Source: Chrysochromulina tobinii (taxonomy: Eukaryota). From it: a DNA stretch of 39,596 nucleotides. Of the stretch, positions 25,995-36,518 are shown piece after piece (positions within the stretch are counted from its first letter, which is position 1; every line of letters begins with the position of its first letter). Under the pieces are notes generated by a model that worked only from the letters and a program-made list of their open reading frames with translations, was not told where the DNA came from and did no database searches. The stretch covers positions 1 to 39,596 of the forward strand of contig JWZX01003357.1 in assembly GCA_001275005.1 (NCBI GenBank), given 5' to 3'. The translations under genes and the position numbers were made by a program.

Positions 25995-26051
25995 GCTTTC
26001 ATGCATGCGTGCTTTCATGTATGCGTGCTTTCATGCATACGTGCTTTCATG
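25995..26051 (+). repeat. 16-bp tandem repeat (gctttcatgcatgcgt, ~3.5 copies) ending at the RBR-like gene ATG
   Basis: Units at 25995, 26011 and 26027, and a partial unit at 26043 containing ATG 26049. Confidence 0.85.
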
Positions 26052-26975
26052 GACGATAAGTTGGACGACAAGGACTGGTGGCTCACGATGCTTCTCGCGA
26101 TCGGTCTCGCGATGGTCGTTGGGCTGCCCATCCTGCTACAGCGCGACTACTGCCCGATCTGTATGAACCATGTGCTGGCCATGAGAATGTACCCACGCAG
26201 GAACTCCTCGGCCTGCGGCCACCGGTGCTGTGCTCCGTGTTGGCGACTTTTCTTCTCAACGCAGGAACGTTCGCTCATTCACGCGCTCCGCCGCGTGCGC
26301 GCCTCATCGGCGCTCTGCTGCTGGGGGTGCGCCGCCATGCTCGACAGCGGCGTTGTGCGAAAGTTTGCCTCGAGGGCACTTCACACGGTTGCGGCGCAGG
26401 TAGCGAAGCGAGAGGAGTATGAGCAGCGGGCCCAGAGGTTCAACTTCCAGTGCGTTGATTGCCCGGAGTGCTCGATTGGCGTTGGGTACAACGATTACAG
26501 TCAGCGGACAATCATGTGCTTCCTGTGCGAGCACCAGTGGGAGGTGGAGCGCGGTTGGGATTTGGGTGCAATAATCGCCGGATGGGTGAGCGCGTGGTGG
26601 CCGCTGCGCCCAGCTGGACTGGCTGGCAGCCGGCCTTGCCCACACTGCGGTGCCAACATACAAAAGGACGGCGGATGCCCAATGATGTGCGCCGTGCACC
26701 CCGCCAGCCGCGGCGCAGCGCATGCGGCCTCCTCCCTCGCTCCTCCCTCGCTCCTCCCTGTCTCCTCCCTCGCTCCTCCCTGTCTCCTCCCTCGCTCCTC
26801 CCTTGCTCCTCCCTCGCTCCTCCCTGGCTCCTCCCTGGCTCACCTCACGCTCACGCGCCGCAGGCGTTGCGGCATTTGCAACAAGCCCTTCAGATGGGGT
26901 TCCTTTAGCAACAGCACTGAAGATGTGATCATCGAGCACTGCCCGCCGCCGCTGCGCCGGCGCCACGACCGATAG
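26049..26975 (+). CDS. Membrane-anchored RBR-like (RING1-IBR-like-RING2) E3 ligase; intron 26687-26863
   Basis: N-terminal TM WWLTMLLAIGLAMVVGLPILL; CPIC..CGHRCCAPC; CPEC..CFLCEHQW. RING2 CPHCGANIQKDGGCPMM|RCGICNKPFRW is restored by splicing a 177-bp GT-AG intron. Confidence 0.78.
   Translation: MDDKLDDKDWWLTMLLAIGLAMVVGLPILLQRDYCPICMNHVLAMRMYPRRNSSACGHRCCAPCWRLFFSTQERSLIHALRRVRASSALCCWGCAAMLDSGVVRKFASRALHTVAAQVAKREEYEQRAQRFNFQCVDCPECSIGVGYNDYSQRTIMCFLCEHQWEVERGWDLGAIIAGWVSAWWPLRPAGLAGSRPCPHCGANIQKDGGCPMMCAVHPASRGAAHAASSLAPPSLLPVSSLAPPCLLPRSSLAPPSLLPGSSLAHLTLTRRRRCGICNKPFRWGSFSNSTEDVIIEHCPPPLRRRHDR
26729..26838 (+). repeat. 11-bp minisatellite (ctcctccctNN, ~10 copies) inside the RBR intron
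   Basis: Directly visible units ctcctccctcg, ctcctccctgt, ctcctcccttg, ctcctccctgg. Confidence 0.9.
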
Positions 26976-27871
26976 GAGCGATAGGAGCGCAGAGGGAGCG
27001 CTCATGGGCCATGGCGGTGGCGCATGCGGCGATGTGGCGCTGGCCGCGTGTCGGCGTGGGCGCGTGGCTGGCCTCTTGATGAGCCCGATGCGCCTCGGCT
27101 GCACCCCGGCCCCCCGCACCCCCGACCCGCACGCCGCAGGCGCAGCACGCGTAAGCTGGAGCTCGTGTGATAATGTCGCGCGTACCCTGTAAAGCGTTGT
27201 TAGCGCCCGTGGTGTTAGCGCGCGGTCCCCGCCGGCGCCGCGGTCCCGGCGGGTCGCGTCGCAGAACCAGAAGGCGCTCGGGCTGGCGGGCTCGCGGCCA
27301 ACGTGTCATCTCCGCACTCAGTCCTGCGCGCTGTCGTGCGCGGGCACCTGGCCGTATAACTCATCGCACAGAATACATAGATTGAAAGGCAACTGGACAA
27401 CCTCGACCATATGATGATCGGTTACAGACACCCACCACTATTCACACATGAACACGGTTGTGTCAATAGATTAACACAGCAAGCGAACACATCACACCGC
27501 TCAACACCCCCCCCGGACCGGAATGGACTCTGGACACGCATCTGAGCACATTCACCACGCACCCACCGTCGCTCGCTCCGAGCGCGCCCGGCCGCGTTCC
27601 TTCCCTCGCCCAGACTGCCCACGCCCCCACACCACAAATCGACGCGTTCGGGGGCGTAAGTGCTCACGAGCGCGCGAGCGCCTGCCTCCAAACCTCATCC
27701 AATCTCCAGAGGCCGCTCCCTTTGAGATCGCCGAAGCGCCATGGGCGCCTGGCGGGACGCACCGCCCCGGGCGCCTGGCGGAAACGCGCCGCGGGAGCCC
27801 AGCCACCGCCCGCACGCACTCACCTGCCGCTGCTGCACCCGTCTAGTGATTACGAGCCTCTCACATGCCTC

Positions 27872-30800
27872 TCACATGCCCATCGAGGAGGACGAGTTGT
27901 CGAAGATGACGAGGGAGAAGGCGAACGCCTGCATCGCGGAGAATGGGAAGTTGAAGTCAACGTTGAACTTGTTCTCATCGACCTTGCCCATGAGCATCTG
28001 CGCGTCGTTCTCGCCGCCGCCCTTGTAGGTGAGTTGGATGTTCTTGCACGAGGCGTGCGTCGCGCGCCCACGGAAGTCGAGCTGGTAGATCTGCGTCTCC
28101 TCATTCCACTTTGGCTCGCGGTTCTTGAAAATAGTCGCGTCGCTCGGCTTGGGCATTTTGATGCGCTCCTCGAGGGTATCCTTGCCTTCCACTTGGGGCT
28201 GGAAGAGTGCCGCCACGCCGTCGGCGTCGACGGCCGGCATCGCGACCTCCATCGCGCCCGGGTTACGGTTTCGCAGCGAGTTAATGAAGTGTACGTGCAT
28301 GAGCTCGCGCCGCAACTCCTTGCCGGCCGCCTTCTTGTCACCGGGCGCCGCGCCGCCGTCGTACAGCGTGTATTCCATCGCCTTCTTGTCCACCTTGAGA
28401 TTCCCGATGATGTTCTCGCCCGCCTTGGTCCCATCCTGGTCGAGCGAGATGACGTACACACCCGAGGACTTCTTGCCCGTGAAGCAGTACATGTCCTTGG
28501 AGGCCGAGATGGACATGTAGAAATCGAACTTGGAGGAGCCGAGCCGGCTCTTTGTGCGGAGCACGTAGCATTGCACCGGCCGCTGGGTGCACGAGGGCTC
28601 GACGAGCATCGCCTTGAGCTCCGTGTGCCGTGTGCCAAGCAGCTGCTGCAGTCGCGCGCGCACCTGCGCCTCGCCCTGGAGCGGCACGCCGCTGTCCTGT
28701 CGTGCCACGGGGCGCGGGCGGCGCGGGCGCAGCAGCCCTGGGCGCCGGCGGCGGCGCTGTCGGCATCGAGGAGCCAGCACTGGGAGCGCTGGGAGCGCCG
28801 TACTGCTTGGGGTTGAGGATGTCGGCGTCGTGCTCCTGCCCCTTGGCCGCGAGGTACCTCTGCTGGTACGAGTAGTCGAGAGGGTGCTGCCAGAGCACCT
28901 GCTGCGTAATGGTGTGGATGTAGTACATGTCGCCGTTGGGCGACTCGGCCTGGTCCCATCCCTCGGGATCCTCAGCTTGCAGCGCCTCGTCGGCGATCCA
29001 GAGGAAGTCGAGGTCAATATTGAGGTCCATGCCCAGGTAGACTGCGTACTCGAGCACGTCGGACGCCTCCGACTTGAAGGTGATCTTGCGACGCGCAAGC
29101 TCTTTGATCGCGCGAGCGCGCAGCTCCTCCTCGGCCTGGATGGCATTCTGCTCGGCCTGGATGGCCGCCCTCTCCGCCTCCTCCTTCTCCTTCTTGGCCC
29201 TTTCCACCGCCGCCTTGTCTGCGTTCATCAAAGCCGCTTTCTTGTCGGCCTCCGCCTTGGCCTTCGCGTCCGCCTCCGCCTTCGACTCGGCCTTGCGCCG
29301 GTTCTCCTCCTCCTCCTGCCGCTTCTTGCGCTCCTCGGCGAGCCTCTTCTCCTCGGCTGCCTTCTGCTCGGCGGCCATCTTCTTGAGACGCTCCTCCTCT
29401 TCCTTCCGCAGCCGCTCCTCCTCCACTAACTTGGCATGCGCCGTCTGCGCCTTCTGCATCAGCACCGCGTCGACCCCCTTGACTTTGCTCGCCATCGCGA
29501 TCGCCGCCGCGAGCGCCGCCATGTCGAAGCCGGCCATGGCCTTCTCAAGCGCCTGCGTCGCCGCCAAGCGCTCTGCCTCCTCCTGCTTGAGACGAGCGAG
29601 CGTCGCCTCCGCCTTGTCGACGGCGGCCTTGCCCTTGGGCGCCAGGTGCACGCCCGCGCTCTTCGCAGCGGCGATGGCCGCCGCCAGTGCCGGTATGTCG
29701 GTACCCGCCGCGGCCGTCTCCATGGCCTTCTGCGCCTTGAGCCGAATCTCACGCAGCTGGCGAGCCAGTTTTCGCGCCTTCATGGCGCGCGCGCCGGCCT
29801 GCAGCTTGATGACGACCTTGGCCATCCGCTCGGTGCGCTTGGTCTTGAGGCCGTCGAGCACGCCGAGCGCCATGAAGATTCGCTCCCTGCCCAGCTTGTG
29901 CTGCTTGGGCGTCACCTGCATGTTGGCGCAGATGGCGGCTGTCTTCTCCCTGGGCGAGCGCGTGTCGCCGCGCGGGATCTTCGCCACGTCACCAAAGTAC
30001 GAGGCGAACTCGGCGTAGGTCATGCGGTCAGGGTAGCCTGTACGCGCCACGCGAAGCGCGTCGAGCACGCCGGACGTGTGCAGCTGGCGCGAGACCGTCG
30101 ACTCGTCCCACACGTCTGCCGACTTGCGGTCGTTTGGCTTGAAGCAACGGATGAAGTGGAGTTGCGACGCCTGGAGCACGTCGTACAGGCTGGTCAGCTG
30201 CGTGCGGAAGGTGTCGACGACGCCCTTGAACTTGGTCGACTTGAACTTCGCGCCCTTGCCGCCCGCCTCGGGCTTTGAGGTGTCCTCGAAGAGCCGCTTG
30301 AGCACTGAGTTGTTGCTAAACTGCATCAGGATCACGAGGTCACCCGAGAGCGGGTCCTTGTTCTTGTCGAGCCAGTTGGTCGTTTTGTAGGTAACACGAC
30401 CCGCGAAGTGCTCTACCTGGAAGCCGTCAGAGCGGCTTGCGCCCTTGACGATGGAGAGGGCCGAACCCTTGGCCTGCGCGTCGTGCAGCTTCTCGGTGAA
30501 CCCCTTGTCGGAGCCCTTAGGCACCATGCACTCCTCGGAGAGAAGGTTCCACAAGCCCGTGTTCGGCACCTCGAAGATGGCGATGAGTGCCTTGTTGTCG
30601 ACGTAGGTGATCTCGTCTGCGTCGATGCCGTCCGCCTTGTAGGCTTGTAGGGTCTGCTCGAAGACGGTGGCCGTGAAGAGCGCCTGCAGCTTCTCGTTGG
30701 TGAAGTTGATGCAGAGCTGCTCGAGCGAGTTGACCTCGAAGACCTCGAAGCCGAAGATGTCGACGACGCCGATGATCGAGGCCTTCGACTCGTCGATCAC

Positions 30801-32040
30801 CTCTTCACCAGCCGCGAGGGCTTGGTTGATCTGCACGATGAGGTAGTCGAAGAGCTTCGAGTAGATGGCCTTCGAGAGCGCATCGCGACCGTCGTTGGCC
30901 GCATCGAGCTTGAGGTCCTGGTCGACGAACTCGGCGCCCGCCTTGATCTTGCGCTTGGTGAGTGCTTTGCCCACCGAGTCCGGCTGCAGCCCCAGCACCT
31001 GCTCGGCGTCCTTGAGGTACTGCATCGACGACGAGAGGATCTGGGCCGACTCGGTCTTGGCCGGGTCGAATGTGACGTTGCCGAGCAACATGACGCCAGC
31101 CATGAGCTGCCAGTACTCCTTCTGCTCCGCGTCGGACACGTTCTGTGCGGTGAGCGCCTCCTTGAGCTCCGCGAGGCCGTGCGCGTCGTGCTTGGCCGGC
31201 ACCGGGTCGCCATGCTTGAGGTAGCTGTATGACTTACTGTCGCTCGAGCTGAGCTGGATACCCTTGAGCTCGGCAGCGCTCATGCCGCGCAGCAGCTCGT
31301 AGAAGATGTGGTACGCGCGCTCGCCGTTGCCGATGTGCGTGATGCGCGACTTTTCGAGCAGGTAAGTCGAGAGGGAGGCGCCCTGCGCAGCACAAGCCAT
31401 CGAGCCGTGAGCAAGCGAGGGGCACAGGGATTCCAGCGCGCGCGCGGCGCCCGAGACGTGCCCCGCCGGGCTCGGATGGGGGCCGGTGCGCGGGCGGGGA
31501 GGCGCCTGGGCGGGGCGGGGCGCTGGGCGGCAGGCGCGCCTTGATGCGCGCGCTCTTGTCGAAGTAGAGCTTGAGGAACTTGCCGAAGCGCGAGCTGTTG
31601 TCATTGCGCACGGTCTTGGCGCACCCAAAGGCCTCAGTGATCGGCTGCGACTTGTACACCTTCTCCTCGAGCCCGTGCGATGCATTCGACACGTAGCGCA
31701 GGTACTGGAGGATGAAGCGCGCGCTCTCCGTCTTGCCCGCGCCCGACTCGCCCGAGATGACGAGCGCTTGGTTGACACCATTCGAGATCATCGCGCGATG
31801 CGCCGTGGCAGAAACCGCAAAAATGTGAGGCGGTTCGGACTCGAGCGACATGCTCCCCTTGTACTGCGCGAGCTTGCCATCGTCGTAGAGGTGGATCGTC
31901 TTGTACGGGTTGATCGCGATGAGCACGGCGCCGTTCTTAGTGTAGATTTCGTCCTTCTCGTGGCGCGTCTTGAGCGTCGCCATCACGACGCTGTCATCGA
32001 TTGACGACAGCTGTGCGAGATCGTCTACCAACTCCGCCAT
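27872..32040 (-). CDS. Myosin with IQ, charged helix/coiled coil, CEP164-like WW module and C-terminal Tubby domain (~1,335 aa; GC-AG intron 31383-31539; frameshift near 28710)
   Basis: P-loop GESGAGKT, switch I AKTVRNDNSSRFGK, YLLEKSR, switch II DIFGFE, LEQLCINFTNEKLQ, HFIRCFKPN; IQ IKLQAGARAMKARK; WW GWDQAESPNGDMYYIHTITQQVLWQHP; Tubby FKNREPKWNEETQIYQLDFRGRATHASCKNIQL..MGKVDENKFNVDFNFPFSAMQAFAFSL. Confidence 0.82.
31383..31539 (-). other. GC-AG intron (157 bp) in the myosin motor domain
   Basis: Minus strand AAG|gcgcgc...gcgcag|GGC joins DKSARIK to GASLSTYLLEKSR, restoring the conserved myosin segment in frame. Confidence 0.85.
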
Positions 32041-32423
32041 GGGTGCCCGCACTTCTTTCTTGCAAGACTGGTCCGCTAAAGAGGGCACGCGCGGAGGGCC
32101 TGCGAGCGCGCACGGAGGCGCCGGCGAGGTGAGCAAACGGTGTGGGCTCGGGCGAGGTGAGCCAACGGTGCGCGCTGGCTACCTCACAGTCGTCCTCGCA
32201 GGGTGCACTCGCAACTTTGCTGATGCTTCGTTTCTTGGATGAAGAATGTTGCGTCGTCGAGGTTGAGGGAGGTTTACATACTACATGTAGCAACGCGACA
32301 TCTTCAAACCCACTCGGTTCGCATGCTGTGAGCGACTGCTCGGAGAGTTTCGTTTCCTTCGCAATCAACGGACGTGGCGGTTCTCGGTGGTTTCTCGGTG
32401 CGTCTTTTCGCGGTCCACGAGGC

Positions 32424-35400
32424 ATGGACACATGGCGTGGCATTGAGCTCACGTTCAAGCTTATGACGATGCGCCGGCTGCGCCGGCAGCTCGGCGGCAC
32501 GATTACCAACCGGACGACCAAAGGCTTTGCCGTTCTGCTTGCGTTCGGCTGCGTGGCCTTCGGCGTGGTCGATGTGTACTTCGCCGACAAGCCGACACCA
32601 GGTGACAACTTGAGCAGCGCTGAGGCAGCGGTATTGACTCAGAACTCGGGCAACTCCCTCTACATCAGCATCGACCCGTTCGGGCTGCTCGATAATCGAG
32701 TGAATTGGCTGCTCTTCGCGCTCGCGTTCGTGGTGCTCGTGATCGTGTACAAGCTCGCTGATGTGGTCCGGAGCGTCATCGGCTGGATGGTGCTCGGACT
32801 GGCCGCGTACGCGGCGGTCGTGTTCGCGTGCCGCGATTCTAGCGTCCCCGAGTGTGAGCGCGAGAGTTCCTTGTATATTGTGATCGGCATCTTCGCTGGC
32901 GTCGTGCTGAGTGTGGTGGAGTGGTCGGCGCATCACATCGTCTACCCGTACATGGTGCGGCACGGAATTTGCTGCCTCGCGGACTTCGCATGGTGGTGGA
33001 GCGTGCGCCCACTCGGGCCGCACGCCCCCTCGCAGTTTGTCTACCGGTCCAGCTTCGAGCTGCCGTTCCTGCCGTGCACCGATTTCATCAGCAGTTGGCT
33101 GCGTGAGCCGCCGCGCTTCTTTGGCTATGAAGGGTCGCTGGACGCGGAGGGGCGGCCGCACGGGCTGGGCACGTGGAACGACTCGGCGCGCAACGGCGAG
33201 ACGCTGAACGGCGTGTGGGAGCACGGCCAACCGACTGGTCCCTTCCGAGCAACCGAGTACGGGAGTGGCTTCACCTTCCGCTCGCTGCGCGTCGCGTACT
33301 GCCAATGCCGCGCCGAGCCGCTCGACGAGTACTGGTTCCAAACAGTCCGGCATCCCGACGGGGCGCGCTGGGGGGTGTGCTCGGTCGAGTGCTCCTCGGC
33401 CGGCCGCTTCTTTAATCACCTGCCCGAGGTGACGCCGCTCTCGGGCCCCGAGGCCGCCAAGCCCCTCGGCTGCCAGTGGCGCGATCTGGGCGCCGTCACC
33501 GACTTTGAGGGCGCGAAGCCGTGCAACGGCAAGCAGATAGAGAGCGCAGTGCTCGTGGATGCACTGCGCGCCAAGGGCGCCGGCAGCCACGCCTCGAACG
33601 TCCAATTCAGCGTCGACGAGTTTGCGGCGCTCGGCGTGTCCTCGCTGCGTCGCAACGACTACGTGACGGTGTGCGGCCATTACTGGAAGCCGTCGCAGCC
33701 GTCGGCGGCGTGGTGCATCGAGCAGCTCATCAAGCTGGATGATCCGGAATTGGCTGGGAGCAGGTACCCGCCCACGCTCGTCGTTACAGCCGGGCGCGAC
33801 GGCGTTCAGATCTCGGGCTACAACGCCCCCTCCGTATACACCGCCTTCGAGCGCTCGACGGTGTCGATCGAGTTTGTGCCGGCCGCGTCGAATACCTTGC
33901 CTGTGCTGCCCGATCCAGCAGATGAGTCGACGAGCGACGCCGAGATATCTGGCTCGGCATGCCCGATAGTTGGCGCGGCAGGCGGTTCGACAGGCGGCGC
34001 GGCGGCGGCGGGCCCCGTGCAGGTGCCGGTGCAGGTGCCGAGCTCGGCCGCAGAGGTGCCCGAGCGCTACGTCGTCGTCAGCGAGCAGGGCATCCGCAAC
34101 TTTGTGCTGTCGGAGCTCATGAATGAGGGCGAGGCTCGTGAGCTTGCGGCCAAGCAAACCCTCAACTGGGTGCTCTACAAGGTGAAGAACGGCGTGTACA
34201 CGGAGGTGGATGCGGGAGGCATAGGGCTCGCGAGGCCAAGCATCCGGAGGCACATCGAGAGCAAGTTCGGCGCTGTCTCGGCAGTGGTGGAGCCAGGCTC
34301 GACAGGACCAAACGGGGACGACCCGGTGTTGGCAGGTCTTAGCGTGCGTGGACCCGACGGGCGGCGATGGCGTCTCAACTCGGAGGATGGCAACTACGAG
34401 GCCGTCATCTTCATGCATGGCTTCAACAGCCCCACATCGGACGCTCTCAAGCGCATAGCCCAGCTCTGGGCGCTCGGCGACTTCCCGAACCACCTGCATC
34501 CCTTCGTCTTTGGCTGGCCCGGAGGGAAAACGTCGGGCTACTTCAATGCGAAGCACGTGGCCTCGCAGGAGCCAGCGATGGCGCAGGACTTTGTGGACTT
34601 TATTGAGTCTCTCATCGAGGCAGGCTGCCGAACCATCCATATCCTCGCGCACTCGCTCGGGGCGATGCTCCTCTTCACTGCCTTGCCGCTGCTCACCGAC
34701 TTCCTGCTTCCCGCGGCTGACGGCGGCGGCGCCGTCGCCGCCTCAGCTGCGGAAAGTGCGGAGGCCCTTCGTCGTGAGAAGCCCATCAGCCGATCTCCAG
34801 TAGAATGGCTGGCGGAGCAATTGGGCTGGGCCCCACCCCTTTCCGCCCACCCCTCAGTTCGAGGTCACCTCGACCTGAGCGACCTCAGCAAGCACCCGCG
34901 ACAGCCGCCGCGGAGCGGGCCAAAGATGCGACTCGCAACGACGCTCCTGCTGAACCCGGACGCATCTCTGAACCGATTCGTCAAACACGACTTTGCCGCG
35001 CTCCGCAAGCTGTGTGACCACATCACACTATACGCCGACCACGCCGACGGCGCCCTCGCCTATTCTGAATTCTTCAACCGCGAGCACGCTCTCGGCAAGC
35101 ACCCGTTTGACCTCGTCCACTTGACCGACCAGCCGCCCGACTCGCCCATGGGCAGCGCGCCGTCCTCGCCGCGCAGCCATAGCGATGCCGCAAGGCTGAG
35201 CGACGCCGCAAGGCGGCCACCCATGGCCGCGCCCAAGGCTGCGGTGAGGTCCGAGCGACCGACGCACCGGCGCTCAGCATCTGCGCCTACGAGCCCTATG
35301 AAGCGGGCTCTCTCCCCGCTGGCTTTGACCCCCAGGGTGCCGAAGGTGGAGGAGGGGGATGAGGGGGCGGAAATGGAGGAGGGGCGCGCCGCGTCACGTA

Positions 35401-36002
35401 CATCGAAGTCAAGGTCTAAGGCACGGTCTAAGGCGCGATCTAAGGCACGGGATAAGCCGCTGGCGGTGGTGAACGTCGAGCTCAGTCACTTGGAGTCGGT
35501 GACGGCGGAGTCGCCGGGCGGTGGTGCCGTCGAGCTGAATGGGGCGGGCATCAGGGCGGACACAATCGAGGTGGTAGTGACCGACCCGCCGCCAACGCAG
35601 GTGGGGTCGCCTGCCGCCCTGACGGGGTCGCCCGCCGCCCTCGCCCTGTCGCCAAGTGCAGCGCCGATCCGACGCCAGTTCACGCCGCTGCACTTGCAGC
35701 GTAGCCAGGATGACGGGGCCATCCTGCGCCCAAGGCGCGTGGTGCGCGGTGCGCCGCCGATGGCGCCCCGCGGCAAGCGCATCATGCCCCTCGACCTAGA
35801 CGTGATAGACGTCTCGTGGATGGATAACAACGTGCACGAGATGCGGCACAACTTCTTCAACCTCAACCGCTGGATGATTGATGACATCCGCGAGATTGTC
35901 ATGACGCAGCGGCGTGCTCGCCTTCGCACCTCGCGCATGACCCACCGCTTCACTAATGTCTGGTCCTTCCTCGCCGCCCCGAACCACGTCGTCAACCCGT
36001 GA
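32424..36002 (+). CDS. Membrane protein with N-terminal TM helices and C-terminal alpha/beta hydrolase (DUF900-like) domain
   Basis: About 4 hydrophobic helices; MORN-like GRPHGLGTWND...LNGVWEHGQPTGPF; AVIFMHGFN, PFVFGWPG, nucleophile elbow IHILAHSLG; large low-complexity insert before LDLDVIDVSWMDNNVHEMRHNFF. Start chosen at ATG 32424 (track starts 32142). Confidence 0.75.
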   Translation: MDTWRGIELTFKLMTMRRLRRQLGGTITNRTTKGFAVLLAFGCVAFGVVDVYFADKPTPGDNLSSAEAAVLTQNSGNSLYISIDPFGLLDNRVNWLLFALAFVVLVIVYKLADVVRSVIGWMVLGLAAYAAVVFACRDSSVPECERESSLYIVIGIFAGVVLSVVEWSAHHIVYPYMVRHGICCLADFAWWWSVRPLGPHAPSQFVYRSSFELPFLPCTDFISSWLREPPRFFGYEGSLDAEGRPHGLGTWNDSARNGETLNGVWEHGQPTGPFRATEYGSGFTFRSLRVAYCQCRAEPLDEYWFQTVRHPDGARWGVCSVECSSAGRFFNHLPEVTPLSGPEAAKPLGCQWRDLGAVTDFEGAKPCNGKQIESAVLVDALRAKGAGSHASNVQFSVDEFAALGVSSLRRNDYVTVCGHYWKPSQPSAAWCIEQLIKLDDPELAGSRYPPTLVVTAGRDGVQISGYNAPSVYTAFERSTVSIEFVPAASNTLPVLPDPADESTSDAEISGSACPIVGAAGGSTGGAAAAGPVQVPVQVPSSAAEVPERYVVVSEQGIRNFVLSELMNEGEARELAAKQTLNWVLYKVKNGVYTEVDAGGIGLARPSIRRHIESKFGAVSAVVEPGSTGPNGDDPVLAGLSVRGPDGRRWRLNSEDGNYEAVIFMHGFNSPTSDALKRIAQLWALGDFPNHLHPFVFGWPGGKTSGYFNAKHVASQEPAMAQDFVDFIESLIEAGCRTIHILAHSLGAMLLFTALPLLTDFLLPAADGGGAVAASAAESAEALRREKPISRSPVEWLAEQLGWAPPLSAHPSVRGHLDLSDLSKHPRQPPRSGPKMRLATTLLLNPDASLNRFVKHDFAALRKLCDHITLYADHADGALAYSEFFNREHALGKHPFDLVHLTDQPPDSPMGSAPSSPRSHSDAARLSDAARRPPMAAPKAAVRSERPTHRRSASAPTSPMKRALSPLALTPRVPKVEEGDEGAEMEEGRAASRTSKSRSKARSKARSKARDKPLAVVNVELSHLESVTAESPGGGAVELNGAGIRADTIEVVVTDPPPTQVGSPAALTGSPAALALSPSAAPIRRQFTPLHLQRSQDDGAILRPRRVVRGAPPMAPRGKRIMPLDLDVIDVSWMDNNVHEMRHNFFNLNRWMIDDIREIVMTQRRARLRTSRMTHRFTNVWSFLAAPNHVVNP

Positions 36003-36518
36003 ACGTGTGAGTGGCGAGACTGTCGACGCGACGAGGGTGTGAGAGGCAGAGCCCGGGGTATGCCCGCGTTGACTCTGCAGTCTGGATCACGGCCGGGGCT
36101 GAATACATCAATGGTGTGGGCGAGCGTGCACGGTGTGGCAGCACATACCTCACACACGCGGCGCGCGCATGTGGGTCATGCATGGTTCCCTGCAAGCTGC
36201 ATCCTCGCTGATGTGATCGCTGATCCAGGAGATCTGGTCCCGATCTGATCCTGTAGCGACCGCGTCGCGTGTAAATCAGTGCGGCTCGGTGCAAGATTTT
36301 GACCTTGGGGGAGGGTTTCGGCTTTCGCTTTCACTTCATATTACGCTATAATTCCCCTCCGGAGACATCACCCCGCAACACCCCTGCGTGCCTGCGAATT
36401 GGGAGTTTGCGGTCGTGCGCTATACTATCGGCTACACATTCTACGTCTCTACTAGTACTTGTGTAAAGTAGAGCTCGGAGGATCGATCGGGTTTAGGCGG
36501 CGCTCGACGTCGACTCGT

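Noticed and set aside
26729..26838. CRISPR-like array
   Set aside because: Head-to-tail 11-bp minisatellite with no spacers or cas genes, inside a eukaryotic intron.
27872..29146. Stand-alone Tubby gene as listed in the track
   Set aside because: Its first ~145 codons are off-frame shadow of the myosin WW region with no room for a promoter. Fusion is more parsimonious, though unconfirmed.
32304..34652. 782-aa minus-strand ORF
   Set aside because: Antisense shadow of the GC-rich hydrolase gene; no motifs.
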